Shown: piece by piece, positions 26,245 through 36,152 of the stretch | Layout of the letters: each line of letters begins with the position of its first letter | Numbering within the stretch: position 1 is the first letter of the stretch | Origin: a virus | Taxonomy: Duplodnaviria; Caudoviricetes | IMG/VR virus record: IMGVR_UViG_3300027847_001698 | Strand: one strand, 5' to 3' | DNA length: 64,000 nucleotides | Translations under genes and position numbers: made by a program | The notes under the pieces: model-generated | Databases searched by the model: none | Seen by the model: the letters and a program-made list of their open reading frames with translations, nothing else | Told to the model about the DNA's origin: nothing

Positions 26245-26619
26245 TTATTTAATTTTAGTTAATACTGATTTCCACGTATCAAAATGAACTGCTCTATCAT
26301 CAATATAATATTCAGCCGCATATTTTATGTTAGTGACCTTTTTGATGTATTGAGCTAAGTCGTATTTTTCTAACCATTCCCAGACTGCTTTCCATTGTTT
26401 ATCTCCCACTTTATTAATTCGGGCTGTTAAAATAAACAATGAATACTTCTTATTTAGTTGTTCTAATGCATCTTTGACATCATCCATTGGTTCATCATAA
26501 ACTGCACCACCTCTCCATCCACTAGAATATTTATGGATAGTAGCATCAAAATCAATTCCTATTAGTTTCTTTCTGGACACTATTGATGCCTCCGCTATAT
26601 ATTCTTTAATTGGTTTCAT
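26245..26619 (-). CDS. HAD-superfamily phosphatase (5'-nucleotidase/PNK-phosphatase-like)
   Basis: IGIDFDATI (motif I), LTAR, K..A..YIDDRA. Confidence 0.85.
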   Translation of the reverse strand: MKPIKEYIAEASIVSRKKLIGIDFDATIHKYSSGWRGGAVYDEPMDDVKDALEQLNKKYSLFILTARINKVGDKQWKAVWEWLEKYDLAQYIKKVTNIKYAAEYYIDDRAVHFDTWKSVLTKIK

Positions 26620-27329
26620 ATTGTTTTACCTGCCTTTGTCATAGACATATTTACAGACGCTATATTATCACAGATCAATCCTTCTTTTGTTAATCCATGT
26701 CTAACTATATGAATTGATCTTGTATAATTGGGACTTAAATCAAAATTGATTGTTCCCGGTTTTCGTCCTTTTATATTAACTAAATATTCATTTTGATTAT
26801 TAGATAAAAGATTATATATCTCCCCCCTCAGTAATCCTATTGATAGTTTAGGTTTAATGTATCCTATAAGGTGCATTCCGTATGGTGATGTAAAAAGTTT
26901 CTCCCAATTCAGAACTCCCATATCATAAAGAGATTTCTGTGCAATTTCTGATGCCTCCCATATCTCTTTATAGTTAATTCCTTTTCCTGCATCAATATCC
27001 ACTATAAAATAATCTGTTCGATCCGGTCTCTCCACATAAATAGATACTGTTCTCCCTGTAATTAATTCTTCATAATTACTATCATTCAGTATAATAGGCC
27101 CGGATTTTAACTTACGTTTAACTACTATCTTCCCATCAATCACTAAAAAGAAAGCTACTGGGCGACTACCAATCCAATTAAGTATCTTTCTTTTATTCCC
27201 CATGTAGTAATCATAAATCTGCTGCTCAGTCAAACCACGTGGATAGAATTTGTTTTTGATTACAATATCATCTACATTCTGTGGGGCATGTTCACTGATG
27301 TCGTTTAGATACTCTGAGATAGTATACAT
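26616..27329 (-). CDS. Archaeo-eukaryotic primase-polymerase, LigD PolDom-like
   Basis: LT..QIYDYY...RP N-terminus; IVDID, TSPYGMH and DLSPN as AEP motifs I-III. Confidence 0.7.
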   Translation of the reverse strand: MYTISEYLNDISEHAPQNVDDIVIKNKFYPRGLTEQQIYDYYMGNKRKILNWIGSRPVAFFLVIDGKIVVKRKLKSGPIILNDSNYEELITGRTVSIYVERPDRTDYFIVDIDAGKGINYKEIWEASEIAQKSLYDMGVLNWEKLFTSPYGMHLIGYIKPKLSIGLLRGEIYNLLSNNQNEYLVNIKGRKPGTINFDLSPNYTRSIHIVRHGLTKEGLICDNIASVNMSMTKAGKTI

Positions 27330-27342
27330 ATAAATTTTCTAT

Positions 27343-28014
27343 TTAATAATCCATTATCATATGATTATAAGAGCTACCATCTATTAATGTATCAGCCGTA
27401 TCATAATAACTAGCTATAATATTCTTTTTGTTATTATCTTTTCCTTGTATCCAATTAATAAGAGTAATATCTTCTATTATCTTTTTATCATTAAATGTTA
27501 GAATCTTTTTACATTTGTTATAATACGATAATACATCCTTTAGATAACTATTTGGTTTATCTTTTCTATTTAAAATTTTTAAGTATTTTTTATATTCTGG
27601 TAAAATAGCTATTAACTTATCTGTTTCTTTGATATGTAATTTCAGAAAGGATTTAAATTTGGGGAGGATCTTTTTGACATTGTTATGTATTATAGGTAAC
27701 TGTTTATCATAGTATTGTTTGTATTTTAAATAATGAGATCTTTTCCCAAAATAGAAAGGACTCCCATATTCAATACTTAGATCTTCTGGCATTGTGGCTA
27801 CCATCTTACTCAGCCAATGATCAAGAGCTTTAGTTACTAATGGATCTATAGTATCATTCTTTAAAAAATATAAATAGTCTATTTGTTTGTCTATTTCATT
27901 AAGTCTTTTCTTAGCTTCTTTGACTTCCTCACTAGCTCGAGGAAAGCGCCACGTAGAAGCGGGAGGGGGTTTAAAAAATAAAGATTCTAGTATCAAAATA
28001 TATTTATCGTTCAT
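27343..28014 (-). CDS. Hypothetical protein
   Basis: 223-aa ORF. Confidence 0.6.
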   Translation of the reverse strand: MNDKYILILESLFFKPPPASTWRFPRASEEVKEAKKRLNEIDKQIDYLYFLKNDTIDPLVTKALDHWLSKMVATMPEDLSIEYGSPFYFGKRSHYLKYKQYYDKQLPIIHNNVKKILPKFKSFLKLHIKETDKLIAILPEYKKYLKILNRKDKPNSYLKDVLSYYNKCKKILTFNDKKIIEDITLINWIQGKDNNKKNIIASYYDTADTLIDGSSYNHMIMDY

Positions 28015-28952
28015 TATACAACTCTATGTTGGATATGTTTTTTTTCTATGAAGTTTATTGCATTTTCTACTGCACCTACTTCCATACCAAATCTACTTTT
28101 AGTTGAACAACTCCCCAAATGAGGAGTTAAGAAGGTGTTAGGAAGGTCGATTAATTTGCCGGTGTAAGGTTCGTCATTGTATACATCAATAGCAGCACGG
28201 GCCATTATATTGGTTAATAGAAAACCACATAAGTCATGTTCATTGATTATACCCCCTCTACTTGTATTTATCAAACAAACATCAGATCTAAGATTATCAA
28301 AATCAGAACCAGCAATATAATTTTTGTTCTCATCTGTATATGGGATATGTATTGTCACAATATCACACATGCTTAATATTGACTCTTTATAATCAGGCTC
28401 ACATCTAGGCAAGTTCATCTTCTCTTCATCTATATCATTAACGAAGATACGTCTAGGTTTCAATCCTTGGAGTTTTTCAATAACCAATTTGCCTACTCGG
28501 CCACATCCTATAACTCCCACATTACAATCCCTGATCTCTTTTCCTATTCTTCTAATCCACTTGCCATTTCTAATATCTTCATCTGTCTTTTGAACATGTC
28601 TTAACATATTTAACATCTGACAAATAGTTAGTTCAGCTACAGCATTAGAAGGAGCATCTGGTGTATATGCTACAGTGATTCCTTTCTTATGACATAGATC
28701 TAAAGGTATTGAATCAAGACCAATTCCCACCCTAGAAATCATTTTTATGCAATCAAATTGATTTAAAATATTATTATATTTTTCAGTTCCTGCTATAACT
28801 ATATTAGGTTGATGTTCTGTCAAAAGTTTTTCTATTTCAGCTTCTGTATATTCTCGACCTACTTCATTATAATGGACATCATACTTATCTAATAGCAATT
28901 TAGGTGTCTCATTTGGAGTCCCAAATGGATAAGTTGTAACCATTATTTTCAT
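28014..28952 (-). CDS. D-isomer 2-hydroxyacid dehydrogenase (phosphoglycerate dehydrogenase-like)
   Basis: SRVGIGLD, GVIGCGRVG, LINTSRG, AAIDVY..EP, TPHLGS. Start set at MKIMVTT (ATGA overlap). Confidence 0.9.
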   Translation of the reverse strand: MKIMVTTYPFGTPNETPKLLLDKYDVHYNEVGREYTEAEIEKLLTEHQPNIVIAGTEKYNNILNQFDCIKMISRVGIGLDSIPLDLCHKKGITVAYTPDAPSNAVAELTICQMLNMLRHVQKTDEDIRNGKWIRRIGKEIRDCNVGVIGCGRVGKLVIEKLQGLKPRRIFVNDIDEEKMNLPRCEPDYKESILSMCDIVTIHIPYTDENKNYIAGSDFDNLRSDVCLINTSRGGIINEHDLCGFLLTNIMARAAIDVYNDEPYTGKLIDLPNTFLTPHLGSCSTKSRFGMEVGAVENAINFIEKKHIQHRVV

Positions 28953-29605
28953 TTCAACACATCCAATAATTTCACGGCCCAATCAAATTGTACAGGAGTA
29001 TCAATATCTAAACTCTCAGGATAAGGCACATCAATAAATGAATGATGACTAGATATTCTATTCCCTGTTTCTTTAAATGATGAGACTCTAAACATATAAA
29101 ATGAAGAATTTTCCTCAATCATTATTGGTAGGTCTTGGGTCTGTAATAACTTTAAAGGATTATGATTAACGGGAACGGGTATATTTCCAAATGACTGCAT
29201 CCAAAATCTAGACTTCTTATATTCTCCACCACATATAGAATCACAATCGTCCATTTCCATTAGGTTAAATGCTCGCTGTATAGTATCAGGCTTCAAGAAC
29301 GGAGATGTTACATGAATCTGACAAAGAATATCAGATGGATGACAGTAATTATTTACACAGTATTTGATAAGACTGTTTACAGACATTTCATGGCCTTCTA
29401 GATTATGACTTCTTCTATAAGCCCTAACATGACCATATGATTCTGCTTCTTCTAGTATTTGTTGACTATCAGTGTCAATCAAAATCGTATAATCAGAAAA
29501 CTTTTCAACAGTTCTCTTCCATAATTCTTTACCCCCAAAGTCCCTAAAATTCTTATTAGGTACTCTTTGGGATTCTTGTTTTATTGGTATAAATAGTATT
29601 TTCAT
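28949..29605 (-). CDS. CMP-ulosonate synthetase (NeuA-like cytidylyltransferase) 1
   Basis: IPIKQESQRVPNKN, VTSPF, ENSSFY, DIDTP..F. Confidence 0.9.
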   Translation of the reverse strand: MKILFIPIKQESQRVPNKNFRDFGGKELWKRTVEKFSDYTILIDTDSQQILEEAESYGHVRAYRRSHNLEGHEMSVNSLIKYCVNNYCHPSDILCQIHVTSPFLKPDTIQRAFNLMEMDDCDSICGGEYKKSRFWMQSFGNIPVPVNHNPLKLLQTQDLPIMIEENSSFYMFRVSSFKETGNRISSHHSFIDVPYPESLDIDTPVQFDWAVKLLDVLK

Positions 29606-29619
29606 TATGTTAGTTTAAG

Positions 29620-30348
29620 TTATAAATTGTATTTAAAAAATGATTCCCAATCATATATATCATTATCCCCTATCACTGCTTTAGCAATAGCGAAATCAAA
29701 TGGAGTATCAATATCAATAGATTCTATGTCATCTAATATATAAAAGTCTGGATTATCACTGATTACTCGTTTCAAAGTTTCCATTACAGTCCGTTTAACC
29801 AATGTTATAGCATAGTTCAATTTCATAACATCTGGAAGCTCTTGACTATTTGGAACGTTATCTAATTGATAGTTTATTGGTTTTTTATCTAACCATAAAT
29901 GATTTTTAACTAAATCGACTGAAGTTAAACTATCATAATCATTAGAATCAAAATGTTTAATTGCATTGATATGACTAGTAACTGATACGTGAGGAGAACA
30001 CACAGGGGCAAGAAAAATAAAATCAGTATCTGTAGTCTGTGCTATATTTCCATGAAATTCACTATTAGTACATTCGGAACTAGCAAAGTAATCTTCTCGT
30101 TTATAAGTTTCACACTCATAATCTTTTCCAAGATTAAGCATCTTATCACAATCACTATTCACAATGATCTCATCTAAAAATCCATGTTGTTTAACGGCAC
30201 ATAAAACTTCTAATTTTCGTTCTAAAAGAGTAGTATTTCCTAATAGTTTAAGATTTTTATCTTTTATTCTCACTGAGCCTTTTCTAACTGCAACAACCGC
30301 AGTCAATTTACCTCGTTTCAAAGTTGACCTCCATTTATATCTATACAT
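29620..30348 (-). CDS. CMP-ulosonate synthetase (NeuA-like cytidylyltransferase) 2
   Basis: VAVRKGSVRIKDKN, CSP, NSQ.LP, IDIDTPFDF. Real start possibly TTG at 30321. Confidence 0.9.
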   Translation of the reverse strand: MYRYKWRSTLKRGKLTAVVAVRKGSVRIKDKNLKLLGNTTLLERKLEVLCAVKQHGFLDEIIVNSDCDKMLNLGKDYECETYKREDYFASSECTNSEFHGNIAQTTDTDFIFLAPVCSPHVSVTSHINAIKHFDSNDYDSLTSVDLVKNHLWLDKKPINYQLDNVPNSQELPDVMKLNYAITLVKRTVMETLKRVISDNPDFYILDDIESIDIDTPFDFAIAKAVIGDNDIYDWESFFKYNL

Positions 30349-31019
30349 GCACCATGAATATAAGAACTCCCATTAGAACATAAAAAAACAATCGGGTCTA
30401 CTATTTCCCGTACTGTTGCTAATCTACGTAATGGGATATTCTTGGCTAATAGCACTTGTTCATCCGTAGTCATTGATTGCATCAACATTTCTGTCATGGT
30501 TTGACTTGGGCAAACACAATTTATATTTATTCCTTTATGTCCAAATTCATATGCTAACTGACGAGTGAATCCTATAATTCCAGCTTTAGATGAAGTATAA
30601 TGTATACCACTAACAATACTTCTATTTCTTCCTGCTATTGAAGATACATTAACTATCTTCCCTCCCGGTTTCATTGACTTTAAAGCCTCTTGGCATGAAA
30701 CAAAATAAGATGCTAAATTAACTTTTAGAACTTCATCCCATTCAAGAATATCGATTTCAGCTAACGGTTTACAATAATTGACCCCCGCACAGTTTATTAA
30801 GATATCAATATTGGAATCTAATCGTTTTATACGATTGAACGCTTCTACTATTTCAGTGTAATATAAAATATCTGCTTTTATATGAACACCTTCACTATTT
30901 TTGATTTCGGTCCGAGATAAATAATAAACATTTTCATTTTTATCTAAAAAATAATCAACCACGCCTTTACCTATTCCTCTACTTCCCCCAACAACTACAA
31001 CTGTTTTACTCGTAGACAT
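30318..31019 (-). CDS. Short-chain dehydrogenase/reductase (SDR)
   Basis: GGSRGIG, INCAG, VNVSS, YTSSK, INGG. Confidence 0.93.
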   Translation of the reverse strand: MSTSKTVVVVGGSRGIGKGVVDYFLDKNENVYYLSRTEIKNSEGVHIKADILYYTEIVEAFNRIKRLDSNIDILINCAGVNYCKPLAEIDILEWDEVLKVNLASYFVSCQEALKSMKPGGKIVNVSSIAGRNRSIVSGIHYTSSKAGIIGFTRQLAYEFGHKGININCVCPSQTMTEMLMQSMTTDEQVLLAKNIPLRRLATVREIVDPIVFLCSNGSSYIHGACIDINGGQL

Positions 31020-31419
31020 GATCTACATCTGGTCTAGTAATTGCATATCTTGCACCAACATCAGAAATACATTTAATCTGATGCCATACGTTGTTTGGTA
31101 CTATAATGATATCCCCGGTATTGACTTTCTGGTATCCTTGACCATCAATCCACCATTCCCATTCGCCGTCAAGTATCACCCAGTTTTCATCAGCATCCGG
31201 ATGATAATGTCGTCTGTTACCTTCATTCTTTAACTGTTGAATTACTACCCCACCAAACAACTCATTATATGCTACCCTGACTGCCCAAGACCCCATACCC
31301 AAATCTTTTCTTAATTCCTCAAGATTTATGGTAGATATATTTTGATATTTTAACACAGTATCCCAATCAGCGGAAATTAGACCATCACTTTTTAATACTT
31401 CTACTAAATCTGTACTCAT
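31006..31419 (-). CDS. Cupin-domain protein
   Basis: HYHPDADE.W...G and VP..VWH motifs. Confidence 0.85.
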   Translation of the reverse strand: MSTDLVEVLKSDGLISADWDTVLKYQNISTINLEELRKDLGMGSWAVRVAYNELFGGVVIQQLKNEGNRRHYHPDADENWVILDGEWEWWIDGQGYQKVNTGDIIIVPNNVWHQIKCISDVGARYAITRPDVDHVYE

Positions 31420-31428
31420 ATTATTCTC

Positions 31429-32295
31429 TTATGCCTCTAATGTATCATGCCATTTAAAACGATCATTTAATTCTTCCGTAAATAAATTATTTAGAAGATT
31501 ATCATCAAGTTTCATTGTATCTGTATGATTAGGAACTACTATATCTCTAAAATATCTAGCTTGTGCTAATTGATCATGGAGAGTAAGAAAGTTTCTTTTA
31601 CCTCTATAATCTATATGATCAGCAGCTTCTAAATATTTAGTATAGTTCTTATGATATTTTAAACCTTTGTTTTCTTCTTCTGTAATTTCATCTACTTCCT
31701 TATTATCAATTCTAAATCCATAAGCCTTACCATAGTTATAAAAATTCAATCCAGTAATAAAAATCTCTTGTACTGGATAATTCAATATCATTAGAAGACC
31801 AGCGTATCCATTATTAAAACTAGAATTAGAATGAACACCATTCTCGACATATGCCTTTCCCTTAATTTCATTGGCAATATTTCCCCTCAATACAGGATCT
31901 ATAATGTACAATGGGATATCATACTGTGACACATATTGTTTATAATTTGCTTCAGTATCTGGCATTCTCCAATTAGTTTCTCCTTCTTTTATTTTACAAT
32001 TTTCCCCAACAACTATGTATTTAATACCTTTTCTGTTTTCTTCTTCTTTTAAGAATTCTCCTAGAATTGGACCATAACAATTATTTAAGTTATGAACCAA
32101 AATATCAGTTCGAGATCCATAATCTACAGGATCAGGAATAGTTTCATTGATTCTTATAACTAAATCATAAGAATCGATTACGGATCCTAAACCAGACCCC
32201 ATTATATGTGGGGACGGTCCAACATACGCAACACGTTTACCAGATACAAGATTTGAAAAGTTTTCATCTTTATTAATATTTAGATATGCGGGCAT
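31429..32295 (-). CDS. GT29-like (sialyltransferase-like) glycosyltransferase
   Basis: GKRVAYVGPS...G..IDSYDLVIRIN...DYGSRTD (L-motif-like); NNGYAGLL...ITGLNFY (S-motif-like). Confidence 0.75.
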   Translation of the reverse strand: MPAYLNINKDENFSNLVSGKRVAYVGPSPHIMGSGLGSVIDSYDLVIRINETIPDPVDYGSRTDILVHNLNNCYGPILGEFLKEEENRKGIKYIVVGENCKIKEGETNWRMPDTEANYKQYVSQYDIPLYIIDPVLRGNIANEIKGKAYVENGVHSNSSFNNGYAGLLMILNYPVQEIFITGLNFYNYGKAYGFRIDNKEVDEITEEENKGLKYHKNYTKYLEAADHIDYRGKRNFLTLHDQLAQARYFRDIVVPNHTDTMKLDDNLLNNLFTEELNDRFKWHDTLEA

Positions 32296-32307
32296 TATTT
32301 ATATTCC

Positions 32308-33165
32308 TTATAATTTAGATAAATCAAAAAATTCTGTTATTAGATCATAATTTAAATGATTTGTTTTTTGGCCATTTCGTTCTATAGGTACTATTTTCAT
32401 TCTATCTAATACCGATAACATAAATTCTTTAATTCGTAAAGATCGATTATCAGTCTTTAATGTATTTAATGGAAATGGAGAATATGCCATATTGAGGTGC
32501 TTCTCTATAGCTTCAAATTTAATAGCCGGACGTATCCATTGCCACATTCTATCCATGTTTCCCATAGGATCACTAACTTGATTATGATTAGACTCACTAG
32601 AACTAATATCATTATTGTAGAGTATATTATGTGTTACTACGGCATCATTATAAAATGGAATTTCTAGAATATTGAAGAAATGACAAGATGACCATCCTCC
32701 ATCAAACTCTAATGTGTATGGAAAGAACCAATCTAGTAATGAATTATGTACCATCTTAAATCCATTATGGGTAAACAAATGAGAAGAATAATTACAGCTT
32801 CTCAAAAAATCATGATCGCCTGAATATTTAGATGAAATATTCTTCCATGGGTATACTGTAAGTGTTGCAGGCACAAGAACAGTTAGATCTTCTATTAGTT
32901 GATCCAAAATAGATTTATCACCTAATGCTTCAATACCATAATCATAATCTACAAATCCATAATATTCATAATCTTTAGGAACCATGTCTACTAATATATT
33001 TCTAGTCTCCGCCCATGTAGTATTCGGACAAAACTTAAGTGCATCAGGATGCGGAGAATCATGAGTTACAAAATAAAAATCACACTCATCTTTATTTGCA
33101 AATAACTTTATATGTTCCGGATTTGGTGTAGTCGGTGTTACTTGTAAAATGCATAATTTTTTCAT
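32308..33165 (-). CDS. Putative GT-A fold glycosyltransferase
   Basis: TWAETRN.L and YYGFVDYD pattern; located inside the glycan cluster. Confidence 0.5.
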   Translation of the reverse strand: MKKLCILQVTPTTPNPEHIKLFANKDECDFYFVTHDSPHPDALKFCPNTTWAETRNILVDMVPKDYEYYGFVDYDYGIEALGDKSILDQLIEDLTVLVPATLTVYPWKNISSKYSGDHDFLRSCNYSSHLFTHNGFKMVHNSLLDWFFPYTLEFDGGWSSCHFFNILEIPFYNDAVVTHNILYNNDISSSESNHNQVSDPMGNMDRMWQWIRPAIKFEAIEKHLNMAYSPFPLNTLKTDNRSLRIKEFMLSVLDRMKIVPIERNGQKTNHLNYDLITEFFDLSKL

Positions 33166-34145
33166 TTGACTTCTTTTTTGTATACCTCAAGCCAATGTGT
33201 TGTCATTTCATTCATCATAGTTTCAAATGTATATTTCTTGTCCCAATCAAATAAAGTCTTAGCTTTCGAACAATCCCCTTTAAGATACTTCAATTCATCT
33301 GGTCTCATGTATCTAGGATCTTGTTCTATGTATTGAGTATAATCAAGTCCTAGCTTACTAAATACTTGATCACATAATTCCCTAATTGAATGTGTTATTC
33401 CTGTGGCTATCACAATATCATTAGGTTTATCAAGTTCAAGAATCTTTTTCATTGCTCTTACATAATCATATGAATGACCCCAATCTCTATAAGCATCAAG
33501 ATTACCTAATGTTAAAACATCTTGTAGTCCTAACTTAATTCTAACCGCAGCTTTAACTACTTTATTTGTTACAAAGTTAGCTCCCCGTCTAGGACTCTCA
33601 TGATTAAACAGAATACCATTTGATGCAAATAATTTATATGCTTTTCTATATGATCTAACTATATTATATGCATACAACTTTGCACATCCATATGGACTAA
33701 CTGGTGTCATTGGGGTGGATTCTCTTTGATAATTATCATCATCTACTGAATTACCAAACATCTCAGATGAACTAGCTTGATAGAATCTTGCGGCTGGGCA
33801 TATCTGTCTATAGCATTCTAACATATTTAATACACCCAATGCATTAACTTGGCATGTAAACTGAGGTTGATCGAAACTTATTCGCACATGACTTTGTGCA
33901 GCCAGATTATATATTTCATCTGGCATTATTGCCATCATAGCTTTTTGTATAGATGAAATATCTAGTAAATCACCATATGTTATATTGACCTTACCGTCAA
34001 GATGATCAATGCGGGTGTGCTGATGTTCAGGAGTTGAGTTTCTCCTTACTATTCCGTGTACATCGTATCCTTCATCTAATAAATGTTCAGATAAATATGA
34101 ACCATCCTGGCCAGCTATTCCTGTTATAAATGCTTTCTTTTTCAT
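33162..34145 (-). CDS. gmd: GDP-mannose 4,6-dehydratase
   Basis: ITGIAGQDGSYL, YNLAAQSHV, YQASSSE, SPYGCAK, LFNHESPRRG. Confidence 0.97.
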   Translation of the reverse strand: MKKKAFITGIAGQDGSYLSEHLLDEGYDVHGIVRRNSTPEHQHTRIDHLDGKVNITYGDLLDISSIQKAMMAIMPDEIYNLAAQSHVRISFDQPQFTCQVNALGVLNMLECYRQICPAARFYQASSSEMFGNSVDDDNYQRESTPMTPVSPYGCAKLYAYNIVRSYRKAYKLFASNGILFNHESPRRGANFVTNKVVKAAVRIKLGLQDVLTLGNLDAYRDWGHSYDYVRAMKKILELDKPNDIVIATGITHSIRELCDQVFSKLGLDYTQYIEQDPRYMRPDELKYLKGDCSKAKTLFDWDKKYTFETMMNEMTTHWLEVYKKEVK

Positions 34146-35182
34146 TTTTCCTTCTCTATTTTTAATACAGTTTCACATATATATTCAATATCATCATCAG
34201 TAAGAGTCAAGGATGATGGCAAATATACAATACTTTTATAAACTTTTTCTGTAACTGGGAATTCTTTATGTGAATAGAAATAATTATTATGATATATCGG
34301 AACGTAATATTGAGTTGCCGATATTCCTGATTCTTTTAATTTAGATATCAATGTTAAAGGGTCATCAGATCTAATTATAATTCCCCAGGATGAATCATAA
34401 CCATAATCAATTATATCTAAATATTGTTTATATTTATTCCATATTCTGTTTCGAATACTTAGTAATTCATCTAACTTCTCTAATTGATCTAGGCCGTATG
34501 CTGCAAGAATATCATTAAACTTAAGATTTAAACCTACATGTTCATGTATCCTAGTTTTTCTCCAGTTGCCACCTTGATCTCTTAATTGAAGACTTCTCTC
34601 GTAGATGTTTTTGTCGTTGGTAAATAATACTCCACCTTGACCAGTTGTAACTAGCTTAGGAACTGAGAATGAGAATGTGCCAAATAATCCTTTCTGACCA
34701 CAATCTCTAATACCTATTCCCTGACAAGAATCTTCAATCATTAAAACTTCGCTATCATCACATGCATCACTTATTAAATCTCTATCTTCACCACAATACC
34801 CATTATGGTTTACAAAGATAATACCTGAACATGCAGCCATGCGCTCTATGACTAAATCAGGATTCATGCATAGTGTATCTTCTTTTATATCTATCAATTC
34901 AATATCCAGATTTAAAAATTTAGCTACATTTGCTGCTGCCAAGAAAGAATATGCAGGAAACAAAATAGTTTCCCCTTTTATGAATCCACAGGCATTCATA
35001 CCTAACAATAATGCTGATGTTCCTGAATTAGTAGAAACGCAATACTTACTATTAGTTATCTCACATATTTTCTCTTCAAACTTTCTAACAGTTTCTCCTG
35101 GTCCTACGAAACCAGTTTCCATCTGACTACAAACTCTTTTAACACTAGATGACATTACTAATGGTTCTACTTGATGTATCAT
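34142..35182 (-). CDS. DegT/DnrJ/EryC1/StrS PLP sugar aminotransferase (perosamine synthase-like)
   Basis: NSGTSAL, IEDSCQ, FSFSVPKLVTTGQGG. Confidence 0.92.
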   Translation of the reverse strand: MIHQVEPLVMSSSVKRVCSQMETGFVGPGETVRKFEEKICEITNSKYCVSTNSGTSALLLGMNACGFIKGETILFPAYSFLAAANVAKFLNLDIELIDIKEDTLCMNPDLVIERMAACSGIIFVNHNGYCGEDRDLISDACDDSEVLMIEDSCQGIGIRDCGQKGLFGTFSFSVPKLVTTGQGGVLFTNDKNIYERSLQLRDQGGNWRKTRIHEHVGLNLKFNDILAAYGLDQLEKLDELLSIRNRIWNKYKQYLDIIDYGYDSSWGIIIRSDDPLTLISKLKESGISATQYYVPIYHNNYFYSHKEFPVTEKVYKSIVYLPSSLTLTDDDIEYICETVLKIEKEK

Positions 35183-35733
35183 GGTTTTGTTGCTTCAATA
35201 TTCAGACTTATCAACCGTCCAGTGGAATCCATATGTGGAATATATGCCATTGAATAATCATCGTAATCTTCTGGCATAACGTCTTGCCATCTATATCGAC
35301 TAACATGTGTAAACCCACATTCATATAAAGTTTCACTCATAGACTTGAAATCATAAGTTGTTTTTTGATAGATATATTTATTTTCTCCATCAACTATTAT
35401 CTTCCAACGTCCAAATATAGGACCTAATATACCTTGGTGATTTAAGTCACCGGTTGTTGAATATACACTAACTATTGATTCGAAATCGGGAACCGATAAT
35501 CTAAGAGTTCCGCCCGATTTTAATACTCTTTTCCACTCAGTTAAAACACCTGGTATTTGAAATCTATCAAAATACACTAATGCTCCACATGAGTAAATTA
35601 TGGATACACTGTCTGATTCAATCATAGGTAGAGTTTCTATTGTATGACAATAATCTATATGTTCAGAATTATTTATATCTACATGGACATATCCTGGAAG
35701 AAATCTATCTCCGCATCCCAAATGTAAATTCAT
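35179..35733 (-). CDS. Class I SAM-dependent methyltransferase
   Basis: LHLGCG, EWKRVLKSGG.LR.SVPD. Confidence 0.88.
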   Translation of the reverse strand: MNLHLGCGDRFLPGYVHVDINNSEHIDYCHTIETLPMIESDSVSIIYSCGALVYFDRFQIPGVLTEWKRVLKSGGTLRLSVPDFESIVSVYSTTGDLNHQGILGPIFGRWKIIVDGENKYIYQKTTYDFKSMSETLYECGFTHVSRYRWQDVMPEDYDDYSMAYIPHMDSTGRLISLNIEATKP

Positions 35734-36152
35734 TGACTCTGTCCTTGTTCAATCAAATGAGGAGTAATTCTAAATGTATCAGATTCATAATCACTTCCGC
35801 CTCTTGGACCTTTAGAGAAAACTACAAATTCATTATCTTCTAACATGTTTAAAGCGTGAATTTCATATGGAGTAGAAGTAATCAAATCTCCCACCTCCAT
35901 GATTTCACATTTAATGGAATCATTATCATCTCTAGCATCTGTATACCAATATTCCAATCTGCCTTTTGTAACCAAAATAGTTTGAGTACTTTGTTTATGG
36001 TAATGACTACCTCTCCATGCACCTTTTACTGATTTTATTATTGCAACATGATCTATTTTATCCTTATAAAATAGATCAGCTATCACTCCCCTATCATCTT
36101 CATGGACTTCTAATGGTTCTTTTACTTCATTCCATGAATTCCGTTTAATCAT
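35730..36152 (-). CDS. Cupin, NDP-sugar epimerase/isomerase-like (WxcM/RmlC-like)
   Basis: HEDDRG, RGSHYH, EIHA. Confidence 0.8.
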   Translation of the reverse strand: MIKRNSWNEVKEPLEVHEDDRGVIADLFYKDKIDHVAIIKSVKGAWRGSHYHKQSTQTILVTKGRLEYWYTDARDDNDSIKCEIMEVGDLITSTPYEIHALNMLEDNEFVVFSKGPRGGSDYESDTFRITPHLIEQGQSQ

